Shown piece after piece: positions 12,113 to 27,244 of a DNA stretch of 64,000 nucleotides. Each line of letters starts with the position of its first letter. Positions within the stretch are counted from its first letter, which is position 1. Below the pieces are notes generated by a model, which was not told where the DNA came from, searched no databases, and saw only the letters and a list, made by a program, of their open reading frames with translations. Position numbers and translations under genes: made by a program. The DNA comes from Octopus bimaculoides (Eukaryota). Where the stretch lies: the NCBI RefSeq assembly GCF_001194135.2, contig NC_068982.1, forward strand, positions 95,974,379 through 96,038,378, given 5' to 3'.

Positions 12113-12895
12113 TATTTTAAAACGGGGGCCACAGTATTTTCTTAACGAAACACTGGTACAATGTGTCATATAAAACATATTTTTCTCTTAGTCTTCTTAA
12201 AAAAAAAAAGAAATCCCTAAGTTATTCCATGTTAAAGTTGTTGTATTTCTGTAATTTCAACCAATCACTGACGTCCATTCAGCCGATATACATTAAGTGC
12301 CGACTACATAAACAAACGATTCTGAAACAATTCTATCGGTGATAAAATTATTATTTCCTTGTCAAAAAATGGCTGAAGCATATTGGCAGTAGCTAATAAA
12401 CCTTTCTATTATAGGCTAACCCTAACCGTAGGGTTAGGGTAAAACAGCAAATTTANNNNNNNNNNNNNNNNNNNNNNNNNNNNNNNNNNNNNNNNNNNNN
12501 NNNNNNNNNNNNNNNNNNNNNNNNNNNNNNNNNNNNNNNNNNNNNNNNNNNNNNNNNNNNCAAATAAAACGAAGCTATGGAGATTAAATACGCTTTACAC
12601 CGCTTAATCAGCCAAAGGAGTAAATATAAACAACTGAATACTTGTCAGTGATTGGTTGAAATTATCGAAATAAGACAATTTTTTACATGAAATAAATTCG
12701 AATACAAAAATATTTTTCTGTTCTATAACACAAAATAGATAAGTATACGAAGTTTGAAAGCCTTTCGGACCAAAAACACTACGTAAAACATTAATGAAAA
12801 CTGTGGCCCCCCAAGTATACGAAGTTTGAAAGTCTTTCGGTACCAAAAACACTACGTAAAACATTAATGAAAACTGTGGCCCCCGTTTTAAAATA
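12113..12895. mobile_element. Unclassified MITE with 23-bp TIRs (spans an N gap)
   Basis: TATTTTAAAACGGGGGCCACAGT (12113-12135) / ACTGTGGCCCCCGTTTTAAAATA (12873-12895); internal IR TTCAACCAATCACTGAC / GTCAGTGATTGGTTGAA; about 70-bp subterminal tandem duplication. Confidence 0.75.
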
Positions 12896-13096
12896 AATCG
12901 CAAATTGAGATGTCACATTTACTATATTTGAGTTTCGTTTCATTTTAACCTATATTCTTAAACCACGTGCTGTGTGATTATTATTGTAGTGTTCTCCCAA
13001 ATAATATCGGGAAAAGTCTATCTTAAATAGGTGTGAAGGAAATAACTAGGAAAATGTACATATAATCAACTATCGTTATTATTCCTAAAATTATAC

Positions 13097-13621
13097 GGGT
13101 GGACATTGGAATTAGACACTGAGGGAAAATGGCTGTAACTTTTTTATATTTTAATTTTGACGATTTTCGTTTTCGATAATGTATTCTATATGTCACGGTC
13201 ATGCGATTCCTCCTAAAAAAAAAATTTGGACCACCCCTCCCCCACATCAGTCTGTTAGAAATTAAAACGTATAAACGTATNNNNNNNNNNNNNNNNNNNN
13301 NNNNNNNNNNNNNNNNNNNNNNNNNNNNNNNNNNNNNNNNNNNATGTGGAGTCCCCACCACGAAACTTGATATGCTAGAAATAACAGCTAAACGCGGACA
13401 ATCCAAATCTTGCATTGGTCCAGATGGACTATATGTAAATAAATATGAAGGAAAAAATGCGCTTTGGCAAACGGGGTTAGGGGGAATCGCATGACCGTGA
13501 CATATAGAACACATTATCGAAAATCGCCAAAATTAAAAAATAAAAAAGTTACAGCCATTTTCCCTCAGCGTCTAATTCCAATGTCCACCATTATACGTTT
13601 TAATTTCTAACAGACTGATGT
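13097..13621. repeat. Compound inverted repeat around an N gap (probable MITE copies)
   Basis: 13097-13210 inverts with 13483-13589; 13244-13275 inverts with 13590-13621. Confidence 0.65.
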
Positions 13622-14399
13622 CACATAATGCAAGGCAGTTTGACTAAATCGATTTCGGCCTAGTGACATTTATAAACAGTCTCAACTTAAATTATGTAAA
13701 TCATGCATCTGCTTCTTCAACAATATTAAGATTTTAATGTTTATCAGACTCTAAACTCTTCCTTACTAAAGTTGCAAATTTTCCTCGCAAATTAGTTGTT
13801 TGTAAGAATTAAAATAAATATACAACAAAAACGTATGTGGTTAAGTAAACTGAGCATAGTAACCAGCTGAGATCCTCGATTGTCACTTATAGCTGTACCA
13901 TGGTTAGCAACGTTATCGAAGCAACACGAAAACTAAACTGAAGATGGAAACACCAGACACATTTTATTCATTTCCATCGTTTACTGCACGCAGTAGAATA
14001 CAGGACGAAAAAGTAGTTACTTAAAATACAACGAATATAATAGAATATCTGTAAGGAAAAAAAAGATGGAACCAACACATTAATGCGGTCAGTTTTTCAA
14101 TTAAACACAGTTAAAGGGTTCTCAATGTCAAGAACAAACTTGATGTTTAGCAAATTTATCAAGGTTCGGAAAACCACAAGTTTGTAAAGTTGGAAAGAGA
14201 GCCGCCTATAAAAAGATGTACCGGTGGTTGGTCATAGATTTTTTTTTTTATGTACAATAAAGGTAAACATTGTAAATAATGCATCTAAAAAAAGAACCAC
14301 TTGCGTATAAACACATGTCTTTTTCTTTGTAACATTGAAAAAAAAAAAAAACAGAATGAATGAGTAACCGCTGAAACTTTTTACGAAAGCAGCGCTACC

Positions 14400-14531
14400 A
14401 GTTTGCTAGATTAATTAGGTCTTTCTTAAATCAATTTGTTCTGCTGTTTGCGTTGTGTTGTCATTTCTACCCTCTATGTTCTTTAGAATCATTTCAGTTA
14501 ATATATAAGAAAGACAAAGAAAACGGTAAGT
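14400..14531 (+). promoter_or_regulatory. Putative non-coding first exon and splice donor of zinc-finger gene 2
   Basis: AAAACG|GTAAGT at 14525/14526; about 450 bp downstream aligns with 29063-29480 upstream of gene 3; CpG-containing context; TSS not determinable. Confidence 0.55.
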
Positions 14532-16473
14532 GAACCTGTTAAAGATTATATATATCTTGGAAATTCTAGCAAAAATATGTCTACTCCTGAATATCTTTAT
14601 TTGGGCCTACTGAACGAGAGAAATAGATAAACAAGTAGGGCTACTTTCGATGGGGACTACCTTCTATCAAAACAAATATTGCATCGAATACTGACTAAAA
14701 TGTCAGATGGAAAGAAAATTTGAATTTTCTCTGCATTCGTGGTGAATATTTGAATGTATTATATTTATAGTATTCTATTATGAATGTATAAGCGTACCCA
14801 GTCAGCATCTCCACACTGTTTACCAAATCTGTAGATATGCTAATGTTGTTTTGCTTGCACGGTGAGATTATTTAAGGTGACTATCAGCTCGATGTCAGGA
14901 ACCGCTTTATATTGTGTCGCTTGGATACCGTTAGAAAACTACGCTACAACTGAGTAGTTGATGTCTAAAGTTTTGAACTTTTGTGGAGTTATTGTAAACA
15001 ACAGAATATATTGGTGGGGCACAATGGGTAATATTTTTTACTTTAAAAAAAATCTTTTTTATAAATGTTTACTATCTTACGAAAACTATATTTAAGATAT
15101 CTTGGTCAGAAAGAGGGTCTTGGGAAAATGGTACATATGTAAGGACGACCGTGCGAACTCATAAAGGAGAAATGGTGACGAATGGAAAAACAGAGGACTC
15201 CTTTTATTTAAACGCGTCACACGGTCGAACACAAAATAATATATATCAGTGATGATATACATGATATGTTATGCTACGATAACATAGATGACCAGTAATG
15301 AAAGACCACAACCGTATTAGATGAATAACAGAGATATTTATTATGGCGTTAAAGATGTATGTCTGTGTGTGGATGCGACATATAAGAACATAATCAAAGA
15401 CAGGCCGTCATACAAAGAAAAGTGTGTATGTGAGTTATTACAGCAGATGGAAAGAGAGTCAATAACACGAGCAATTATACCAGTTCTTTAGTACACAATA
15501 GTATGAGTCTGTATGTGAAAGAAGTGAGTTGGGGCTGTGTGTGGCAGAGCTGATCACTAGTTGTGATGCCGTGGCATCGATGCCGGGCCGTGATTCTTGT
15601 TATACAGATGTTCGTCGCTGGCTGAGATCTCTTGTCTGTTTATTATCGTGGTGAAGCTAAGTCACCTAACAGAATTATGATCTTATTCACTATATTCCCA
15701 TCTCAGATTCAAACACTTATTGCAGCAGTCCTTCAGTAACCTGTAAAAAAATTCAGAAGCTTAGACTTCTAACCAGGCCTATCAACACCCTCTCATAATG
15801 GTTTAAAACAGGTAGGAAGAAAATGAGAAACCAGAAAATTACTCATTTTGCCTCACCTACCCCTACACATTCTAAATATAGCTAACAGTACCTGAAATTT
15901 TGCAGTATACTGTTATATGTGAATGTGTGTCTATTGGTCTTCTGTTTTTATTTAAATTGTATCAATGCTATAAAACAAAGCAAAATGATAACTGGTATCT
16001 AAAATGTTTGTGTTGTAAATGGATTGGGGAATAACTATTTTCTGTAGTTTTTAGTCAAAGGTTGGAATGTAATAATGAGTGACTTCATGTCAATAATTGA
16101 GGTAACCTTTCTATGGATGTGAACTAATATTGTTGGTGGGCAGCAGCAGTGCAATCCTAGATGGAGGCAACAACAAAACTGACATAACCTTTCTCTAACA
16201 ACATATTTGACATTGCACTGCCTACTCAGACTTTGTGACTGAGAGTTTAACAGAAACCATTGTTATTTTGAAGGACTTTAAGTCACTGACATTCACCGAG
16301 CAAGTTTCAATATACACACTATAAATAGACTAACATATAACTATCTACACTGAAATCAGAATATAATGTTGTTTATGCTGGAGTTGAGACAGATGGTGCA
16401 ATCAAGTGAGCCACATTGTAGGCTCAAGACTTCCTAACTCAAGAGCAAGTTTTAACAAATTAGTTAACAGACA

Positions 16474-16880
16474 TTTACTCTTTTATTTGTTACATTCATT
16501 TGACTGTGGCCATGCTGGAACACCACCTTTAGTCAAGCAAATCGACCCCAGGACTTATTCTTTGTAAGCCTAGTACTTATTCTATCGGTCACTTTTGCCG
16601 AACTGCTAAGTTGCAGTGACGTAAACATACCAGTATTGGTTGTCAAGCAATGTTGGGGGTACAAACACAGACACGCAAACATATACACACACATACATAT
16701 ATATACATATGTACAATGGGTTTCTTTCAGTTTCCATTTACCAAATCCACTCACAAGGCTTTGGTCGGCCCAAGGCTATAGTAGAAGACACTTGCCCAAG
16801 GTGCCATGCAGTGGGACTGAACTCGGAACCATGTGGTTGGTAAGCGAGCTACTTTACCACACAGCCACTCCTATGCCTAT
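16474..16880 (-). mobile_element. tRNA-derived SINE (same family as 235-580)
   Basis: Near full-length match to the other copies. Confidence 0.88.
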
Positions 16881-18426
16881 GGCAGGTTTTCTTAAGGTGT
16901 CAAAAGTTGTTCATTTACCTTGCCTGTTTTCTGGAACCAAAAATGAAAGGTTCATCTCACATTGTACGTAAAACCTTCTCTGTCAAGTTACCAATCAAGA
17001 CAGGCAAATCCAGATATGACTCCACTGTAGGAAAATTTATGTGGAAGACTTTCAAGTAACAATCCCAGTTGAACCATTGTTCATAACCGTTGCATAGTTC
17101 AAATGATCAACAAGGATATGAACATTTTATATCATCATTTTACATCTATTTTTCATACTGGGATCAGTTGGACAAGTTGTCATGGTATGAGTCAATTCTC
17201 ATTTGAAGTTTCTGCCCTTCTAAATGGGTTGGATGATCATGTCTTGCTTGTACATTTCATTTTGGACTTGGTTTCTTTGACTAGACACCCTTCCTATCAC
17301 CAACTGTGTTACAGAGTATACTAGATACATTTTATTGCAGCAACAGCACCAGAAAAGCACTAAATCTCAGCTCATTCACCTACCACTTTAGGGAGCGTCC
17401 TGAATGGATTTCATTGTAGCATTAATACGAGTGGAGTTGCTCTGTACCCATAAGATTAGAGATTCCATACCTCCCTATAATATTCTGTCTTGTGTGATTT
17501 TTTGGTTTGCTGGAAATAGCAGCCAAATCTCCCTCAAATCAAGCAAATGGAAAAATTATATTAATGTTCCATTTATTGTGTATTCTTATCACCATCATCA
17601 CTTAACATCCGCTTTCCATTGAATTCAAAAGAAACTTGGCTGCTATTTTTCGTAAATCGATTGACTGTATAGTGGCTTACTTGGAGGCTCTTAATAAAGT
17701 GAGATGATTATAGCTAGAACGTCTCTAATCATTGACCTGCTTAATCAGATTTGATCTAGGGTTAAACAACAAAAACAACTGTCTTTTCCAAAACTTTCTT
17801 CTCAATTCTATCCATTCATGTAAATTGTGTATTTCTTCTGGATATTCTGTCTGTGTACTTCTTGTTTTTCCATCTTTCAATATCTTGTGCCAAGTCTATT
17901 CTTCCTACTAATATCTAATACATCCTTATATCTCATACTGTCTCTTTATTTTAGGGTGTCTAGTAAATTTGAGACAAGAAAATACATCAGAAAAAATAAC
18001 AGATGAAAAGATATCATGAATAGAATACATGCAACACTACATATAATGAGGCTTGAGAATATATTTCTTGGACAATGTTATTAAATGGTTATATTTGAGA
18101 TATTTAAAAGATACTGTTAACTGACCGATGTGTAATGTCTTGTGTAAATGGCTACATCTTAAAAACTGATTTTTAGTTACAAGAATATAATTGATTGCAA
18201 GAAATGACTCTATTTGGAAATGAAGTTTCAGTATAACCTAAGACATCTACAAACAAATCTACCATCCATTATCAAAGTTAATAAACTGGTGTCAACAGGA
18301 AACGTTGAATCAAAAGTTTTATGGGTTTCACCTCATTGATATACTGTCCTATAGCCAGCCACTCTGGCATTAAATACAAAATATAAAGAAAAAAATATCT
18401 GTATTTCATGAAAAGCAAAAGACATT

Positions 18427-20157
<1,731 letters not shown>

Positions 20158-20660
20158 GAACCATATCATAGTGATATTTGTGGTAAAATATTTTCATGCT
20201 ATATACATTTGACTCATCATAAACATATTAACAAGGGTTGAAAAAACTGATTTCTCAAGTAGGCCATTCTTGTCAAAGAGCCTTTTGATTATACCATATC
20301 TTATTTACTCCTACACAGGAATAACTATTCTGTATAGTAGATAACTGTAATTATCTCTCATTGTTGAAGTAATTTTGAAACTCAAGTATGTTATTTAATA
20401 AGAAATAGGTATCTGAACACTTCATATTGTTAAGCATATGTAAAAAATATATATATATTATGCCTTAATTTTACTATGTTAATTCAAATAAGAGTGCTCC
20501 AAAGTAATGTGTTATCAACTGTAAAGAGAGAATGCAAGTTTCACCACAAAATTATTCAAAGTCTTGTGTGCTTTCTAGTCAGATGATATAAATGTGTTTA
20601 GATATTGAGATGTAATCATCAAATGTTACAGATACCATAAGCATATCTCAAGAGAGAATA

Positions 20661-21865
20661 TATTGGTTCATCTAATAAATATTGCAGTTTTTTTCATTTG
20701 CATGGACTAAAAGTCAGACAGGGATAGGATAAACTACCTGCATCAACCTGCTATAAAAGCAGTAGTAATTTTACCTTACACTTATTTTTAGTGCAATTTT
20801 TGAAGAGTGCGGTTCGATTTTAAGTTATTTTTTCAAAGCTGTAATGGAAGTGACAAAGGAGCATATTCATCATATTTTGCTTTATGAGTTCAATAATGGC
20901 AACAACACAATGGAAAGTGCGAGGAATATTAATGCAGAATATGGTGATCAGACAATAAGAATAAGCCAGTGGTAGTTCCAGAAACTTCAGCCTAAAAGAT
21001 GAGCCTCAACCTGGAAGATACGTAGAGCTTGACAAGGACGTCTTGCAAAGCCTGGTGGAACAAAATCCCATCGTAATTGTTGAGGAACTAGCAGAGAAGC
21101 TTGGATTTGGTCAATCAACCATTCATTGACACCTGCGTGCCATCAAAAATGTCAGCAAATTGGGTCAATGGGTTCCTCACAAACCTTCCAAGTCTAATCG
21201 TATACAGAGAGTGAATGTGTGCTCCTCTTTGCTGTCACATCTCACAAATGAACCTTTTTTGGACCGAATAGTGACTGGTGATGAGAAATTGGTTCTCTAT
21301 AAAAATGTCAAGCACCAAAGATAGTGGGTAGGGAAAGGAAAAACACCATCATCCCAGGCTAAAGAAGGTCTTCGCCCACATAAGGTGTTGTTATCTGTTC
21401 GGTGGGATATGAAAGGTTTAGTCCACTTTGAACTTTTAAACCCAAACCAAGCAATAACAAAGGAGACCTACTGCAAGCAGCTTGAGTGGCTTAAGTCAGC
21501 TATAAGAAGAATGACCATCTTTGATTTCAAGACGAAACGTGTTCTTCCATCAGGATAATGCTCAGCCACATACAGCAAGGATGACATTCCAAAGGCTAGA
21601 GCAGTTTGAATGAGAAACGATGCCCCACCTACCATATTCACCAGACATTGCCCCATCTGATTATCATATATTCTGTAGTCTTCAGAATCATTTGGATGGA
21701 AAAAATATGAATTCTGTAGATGAGGTCAGAACAGTACTGAAGGAGTATTTTTCATCACAGACAAGTGAATTTTAGAAGAGAGGCCTTGCAAGTCTACCAG
21801 ATCTTAATTTTGAAAAAATAAAAGAAGTATAAAAAAAAATACATTGTTTATGAGATGACCCGATA
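20661..21865 (+). mobile_element. Mariner transposon, near full length, dead
   Basis: Degenerate TIRs TATTGGTTCATCTAATAAA / TTTATGAGATGACCCGATA; frameshifted transposase (EHIHHILLYEF, LGQWVPH, RIVTGDEK, HQDNAQPH, PYSPDIAPSDY). Confidence 0.88.
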
Positions 21866-23199
21866 TCATCTGTAGAGCACCAAAGCTCAAAACATGAAAA
21901 TTTTTAAGCCTGTATCCTTTTTTGTGGAGTTTGAATCCTAGTTGTCCCTAATGAGATTTGAACTTAGAATGTAAAGAGTTATAACTGATACTGCTGGAAT
22001 TTTGTTCAATGCTACTAAACCACTTCAAAATATTTACTTATTACATTCTTCCCAAATTTCCATTCTATGACAAAAATGTTTTTAAATTCTTCACCATGAA
22101 GTGGTAAAACTGAATGTAAACAACTTGTATGTGTTGGTTAAATTTTACTGTAAATTATTAAGACTCTTCTGTCCTTTGCATTTTTACTTCACAAATATAC
22201 ATGAACCTCGAACAGATATCTTCACTATTTTGCTACTAGTAATTACTGACAGTTCATCTGAAATAACTTGTTTCTTTGGGTTGTAGCTATATTGATTTGG
22301 AAAGCTCAATTGTCTTCATAACTTCTTTTCTACAGAGATAACCATGTGTATTCTGAGAAATCAGTAGGTTGAGTCTGTTTGACATCTCACACTTGGAATG
22401 TCTTCATGCTCTATTTTGACACTGTGCAACCAGAAAGAAATTATGTCTTGCTTGATATGAACTGGATGAAAATTGATAGTTCAACATTAATTTATAAGAT
22501 TGAAGCCTCAAGGAACTTCAGGATCTGATGAGTTTTTAAGGGTAAGATTCTCCTGAGGAAATATCAGGCCATAATATTTTGAGCAAGACTATTGCTATCA
22601 TCATTTCAGTATCCACTTTTTCAATGGTTACACAAGTCAGATGGTAACTTTTCTACAGGCTGATGCTCTTCCTGTTGTCAATCTTCAACTGTTTCCAAGC
22701 AAGGCAGTATTTCCCCTAGTCTTGTGAACAATGAATAGACTGCAAATGCTTTAGCTGAGGATTGTAAACAATAAATGTCATTTGTGTGAATGTTGACTTT
22801 TTGTTTACACATATCTCAAAACAAAGAGAGTACATTCTCACACACACACATTTACAACAGGTTTCTTTCAGTTTACGTCTATTAAATTTCACTCACAAGG
22901 CATTGGTCAACCAGTGAAAACAGACCTTTAAACACATGGTTCCATGACTGCACCTACCAATTCACATTAAACTATTTGTCTGATGAAAGCTGTTAATGAA
23001 AATTTTTAAAAAGAATTCACTTTTGGAGGAAGTAAATGAGCATCTTCAGTAGTTGTGCAAAAGGTGGGCAAAGATTTTAGAATAAGTACCAGTGAGATGA
23101 CAAAAATTTGTTCAGATTCTTATCCAACTGCAAATACTGAATTATTATTTCCTTTTTCTGCTATGAATTATTTTTTTACTCAACTGGATTTGAAAGGAG

Positions 23200-23657
23200 T
23201 GTAGTGACGCCATTTTGAGGGTCTCCAGCATGCATGCGCAGGGCTGGAACCTTCTGGAAGGCCTGCCGAAAGGTCCCTGATGCACATGCATAGAAAACTA
23301 GCAGCAGCAGAGTTCTCTGATATCTCAGACTTAAGACGCAGTAGCTGAACTATGCAGACGTGTCCTCAGCAGCTCTCTGTTTGCCTCTGCTGCTGACCTG
23401 AGACGCTCGGTATTTGATCAGCTCTGTGTAGCTGGAGTTCTGTGAAGAATGCCTTCACAAAGTATGATTAACTCTGACTTTGTTGTTTCCACACCAGACC
23501 TGGCTACTGATTGTCCCAAGGTGTAAATCTTGGACATACAAAATAAAAGGATTGTTTTTATGTTCGGATGTTTTCTTGTTCCGATATTTTTTCTTCTAAC
23601 ATTGATGTAAGGGATTGTGTGGCACTTTTCCAGTGCCAACCATTTTACCATCTTACA
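23200..23657 (+). mobile_element. Solo LTR (canonical TG...CA), 458 bp
   Basis: TGTAGTGACGCC...CATCTTACA; TSD GGAG 23196-23199 / 23658-23661; GCATGCGCA motif, AATAAA at 23541, terminal hairpin 23606-23657. Confidence 0.8.
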
Positions 23658-25004
23658 GGAGCAATATCATCAGATAGCAGTGTATTCTGAAGTAAGCAAA
23701 ATTATAACAATAGATACACCAATGCATATTTTAAGCTGGATATGACATACATGGCATCTTGAACAGGTGTCTTCTATGGTCCCAGGCTGACCAAAGCCTT
23801 GTAAGTGGAATTGACTGACAGAAACTGAAAGAAACCTGCCTTGTATGTACATACATATGTGTACTAGCATAGCGGGTGGTAGGGGCAATCCACCCCAGGT
23901 GGCACTTTTGGATCTGCCATAGGCAATATATGTGTTTCTTGTGAGATCCAGGAGTGGCAAATGGAAGGGCCACCCTAGACAGCACACCCTCCAGCTATGC
24001 TAATACATATGTGTGAGTGTGTCTCCTTATCTTGATATTGCATGTTAGTTGTAAATAGGTCATCATACAAGTGGTGTCTTTCATTTCCAATCTTATGTGA
24101 AGTTATACCTGACCACGGGAAAATAATACCTTTCTTGGAAGCAAGTGAAGGCATCTGGCTGTAGAAAATCTGCCTCAATGAACTCTACCTGACCTAAATA
24201 AATGTTAAAACAATGATGACATCTTCCATACAGAAATAAAACAACCAATGCTATATTCAAGAAACAATAAAATATATTGTTGAAAATAACATTGATAATG
24301 TTATTATTTGTCAAGATGGTATATGTATATAAGTACTAAAAAAACTGCTGAAAGTCTACATATCAAAGTCAATAAGATTGAAAAAAAAACGTTGAAATTA
24401 TCAGACATGCTGCTAAATCTGTGTTAGAGATTGATGTATTGTTATTTGGGTGGGGGAAGGGATATAGAAACATGAAGGGGAGTATATGACGGGATCATTG
24501 TTTAGTAGTGATGATTATAAATGTAAAACCATCAAAGGACAAAAACATTTCAGTATATAAAACTGGTGTCAATATCAAAGCCAGTAGTTCAGATTTATGA
24601 TTTTATCACTTAATCAGAAGAGAAAGTAGTACCCATGGCCCTTTACAGGGGCCCCAAGACTGGTGGGAGGGAGAAATGTGTCTTCAAACTGGATACCTAT
24701 CCTGAATGCTTGCAACAGAGTGGACTCAGCTAAATTACCTGAGGACCAAGTGGTGGTGTTAAGGAGGTAACAGACTGCGCCTACCATCAAGTAAGCCACA
24801 ACAGGATTTGAATTCAGAATGCGAAGAGCCACAGCAAATGCCATAAAGCATCTCATTTCACATTTTAATGATTCCATCCAGGCTGGTAACTTATTCATCA
24901 ACCCTAGAAGGTTGAAAGATAAAATTAACCCTATCTTAGAATTCAAGAAGCTGAGAGAAACACTGCAAAGCATTTTATCTGATGCTGTAGTCAATTGGCT
25001 GTCC

Positions 25005-25311
25005 ACATCATCATCATTTAACATCCATTGTCCATGCTGGCATGGGTTGGACTGTTTGACTGGGCTGGCATGCTAGAAGGCTGTGCAAGGCTCCAGTCTG
25101 ATTTGGCATGGTTTTCTATGGCTGGATGCCCTTCCTAACACCAACCATTCCAAGAGTGTATTAAGTGTGTTTACGTGCCATTTGCATGACACTGGTATCT
25201 ACCATGACTGTGATTTTGCTCAGCTTGATGGGCCTTCTTTCCAAGCACAACATAATGCCAAAGGTCTTGGTCATTGCCTCCATGAGGCCCAACACACAAA
25301 AGGGGTGTAGT
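25005..25311 (-). mobile_element. RTE LINE 3' tail, degenerate, running into the gap
   Basis: Matches the other RTE tail copies. Confidence 0.75.
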
Positions 25312-26009
25312 NNNNNNNNNNNNNNNNNNNNNNNNNNNNNNNNNNNNNNNNNNNNNNNNNNNNNNNNNNNNNNNNNNNNNNNNNNNNNNNNNNNNNNNNN
25401 NNNNNNNNNNNNNNNNNNNNNNNNNNNNNNNNNNNNNNNNNNNNNNNNNNNNNNNNNNNNNNNNNNNNNNNNNNNNNNNNNNNNNNNNNNNNNNNNNNNN
25501 NNNNNNNNNNNNNNNNNNNNNNNNNNNNNNNNNNNNNNNNNNNNNNNNNNNNNNNNNNNNNNNNNNNNNNNNNNNNNNNNNNNNNNNNNNNNNNNNNNNN
25601 NNNNNNNNNNNNNNNNNNNNNNNNNNNNNNNNNNNNNNNNNNNNNNNNNNNNNNNNNNNNNNNNNNNNNNNNNNNNNNNNNNNNNNNNNNNNNNNNNNNN
25701 NNNNNNNNNNNNNNNNNNNNNNNNNNNNNNNNNNNNNNNNNNNNNNNNNNNNNNNNNNNNNNNNNNNNNNNNNNNNNNNNNNNNNNNNNNNNNNNNNNNN
25801 NNNNNNNNNNNNNNNNNNNNNNNNNNNNNNNNNNNNNNNNNNNNNNNNNNNNNNNNNNNNNNNNNNNNNNNNNNNNNNNNNNNNNNNNNNNNNNNNNNNN
25901 NNNNNNNNNNNNNNNNNNNNNNNNNNNNNNNNNNNNNNNNNNNNNNNNNNNNNNNNNNNNNNNNNNNNNNNNNNNNNNNNNNNNNNNNNNNNNNNNNNNN
26001 NNNNNNNAA

Positions 26010-26985
26010 CATGACATCATTATCACCACACACATACAGAACACAGCTATAGCCAGTTCCAGCGCCGACGTCTTCACCACCAATGTACTGTCTACCACAA
26101 TGTCGTGCGCCAGCAACCCCACCACCAGGGACACACCAATATCAACACACTCGGTTTTATCTTCACTGTATGAGTGGAGTATCCACTCACGGACAACAGT
26201 CAGAACTAACCAACTAGAATATTCAGTACCAGGTAAAAGGTCTCAACTAGCATCCGACACTCAACTACAGCTCTGCTCACTGACCACGACTTCCTGCGTA
26301 TTAGCATTCTAAATCTCCTTGCGTAACTTTTATAGGATATTCTGTACCAGGTAACACAAGTCCCAGCATCGACGCTCAACTACAGCTCTGCTCCTTTGAC
26401 CACAACTTCCTGCGTATGGACATGCTATAATCTTGTGTAACTCTTATACGAACTGGATTTTTTCTCTACAGACACTTTTACTATGTTCTGTGTTTTTTCT
26501 CTCTCACACACACACTTGTGCACTCATATATTTTCTTTCCTTTCAGAAACATTGCATGCATGTATCTCACAAGTGTACATTCATTTCTTTGATTTTTCTT
26601 TGTGTGTGTTTGTGCCACATCTTGTGGGTGGTTTTCAGTGGCCATCCTGCCTCAGGCGTTCCTCCAATTTCTATTTTCGTGCGTTCCGCACTGGCAGGGG
26701 AGCCCTGTAGTAACGCCTTGTCTCGTGCGCATGCGTAGTCATCAATATCCAAGTTTGGCGCCCTAATTCTCTCTCTTTTCTCGCCGGCCGGCGACGATGG
26801 CAGACGTCCAACAGCGGAACTCTCTAACATGTCAGCACCAGAGCTTCACAAATAACTGCTGCCTATTTTCACCATAAATAAATATTGTTGTGTTGATAGT
26901 TCGGAGTCAGCGTTTCGTTGTTTATTTAGAATTTTAATATAGGAAAGCAGGTGTACACCTAATGGTGTATAACCACTTTCCTATA
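26010..26985 (+). mobile_element. 3' part of an LTR retroelement: internal region, polypurine tract and LTR (hairpin family copy C, 26706-26985)
   Basis: GGCAGGGGAG at 26693-26702 just before TGTAGTAACGCC; terminal hairpin 26938-26985; no 4-bp TSD (GCCC/GGGG); about 118-bp tandem duplication 26221-26455; 5' part lost in the N gap. Confidence 0.6.
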
Positions 26986-27244
26986 GGGGCTTCGCCTCTT
27001 TGCCTCCACGAGGCCCTACAAAAGTTAACCTTAATAACTGATGTATGTAAAAAGACTGAATCAGCAGCACTTTCACAAGGTAGCCATTTTGTATTTATCT
27101 GGAATATTAACCACTGGTAAACCAAGACACTTAAATATTGAAAAGGAAACCTTCCTAGTTATATCATGAACTGAAAAAAAATAGCATTTTCTGCTTGACC
27201 AAACATCTAAATTGGTCTTTGATCATAGACTATAATAATATATT

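Noticed and set aside
15138-15735. Possible solo LTR TGTAAGGAC...GTCCTTCA in gene 2 intron 1
   Set aside because: Imperfect right end, no TSD, and no second copy in the window.
25161-26134. Three ~290-aa ORFs
   Set aside because: Almost entirely X residues from the N gap.
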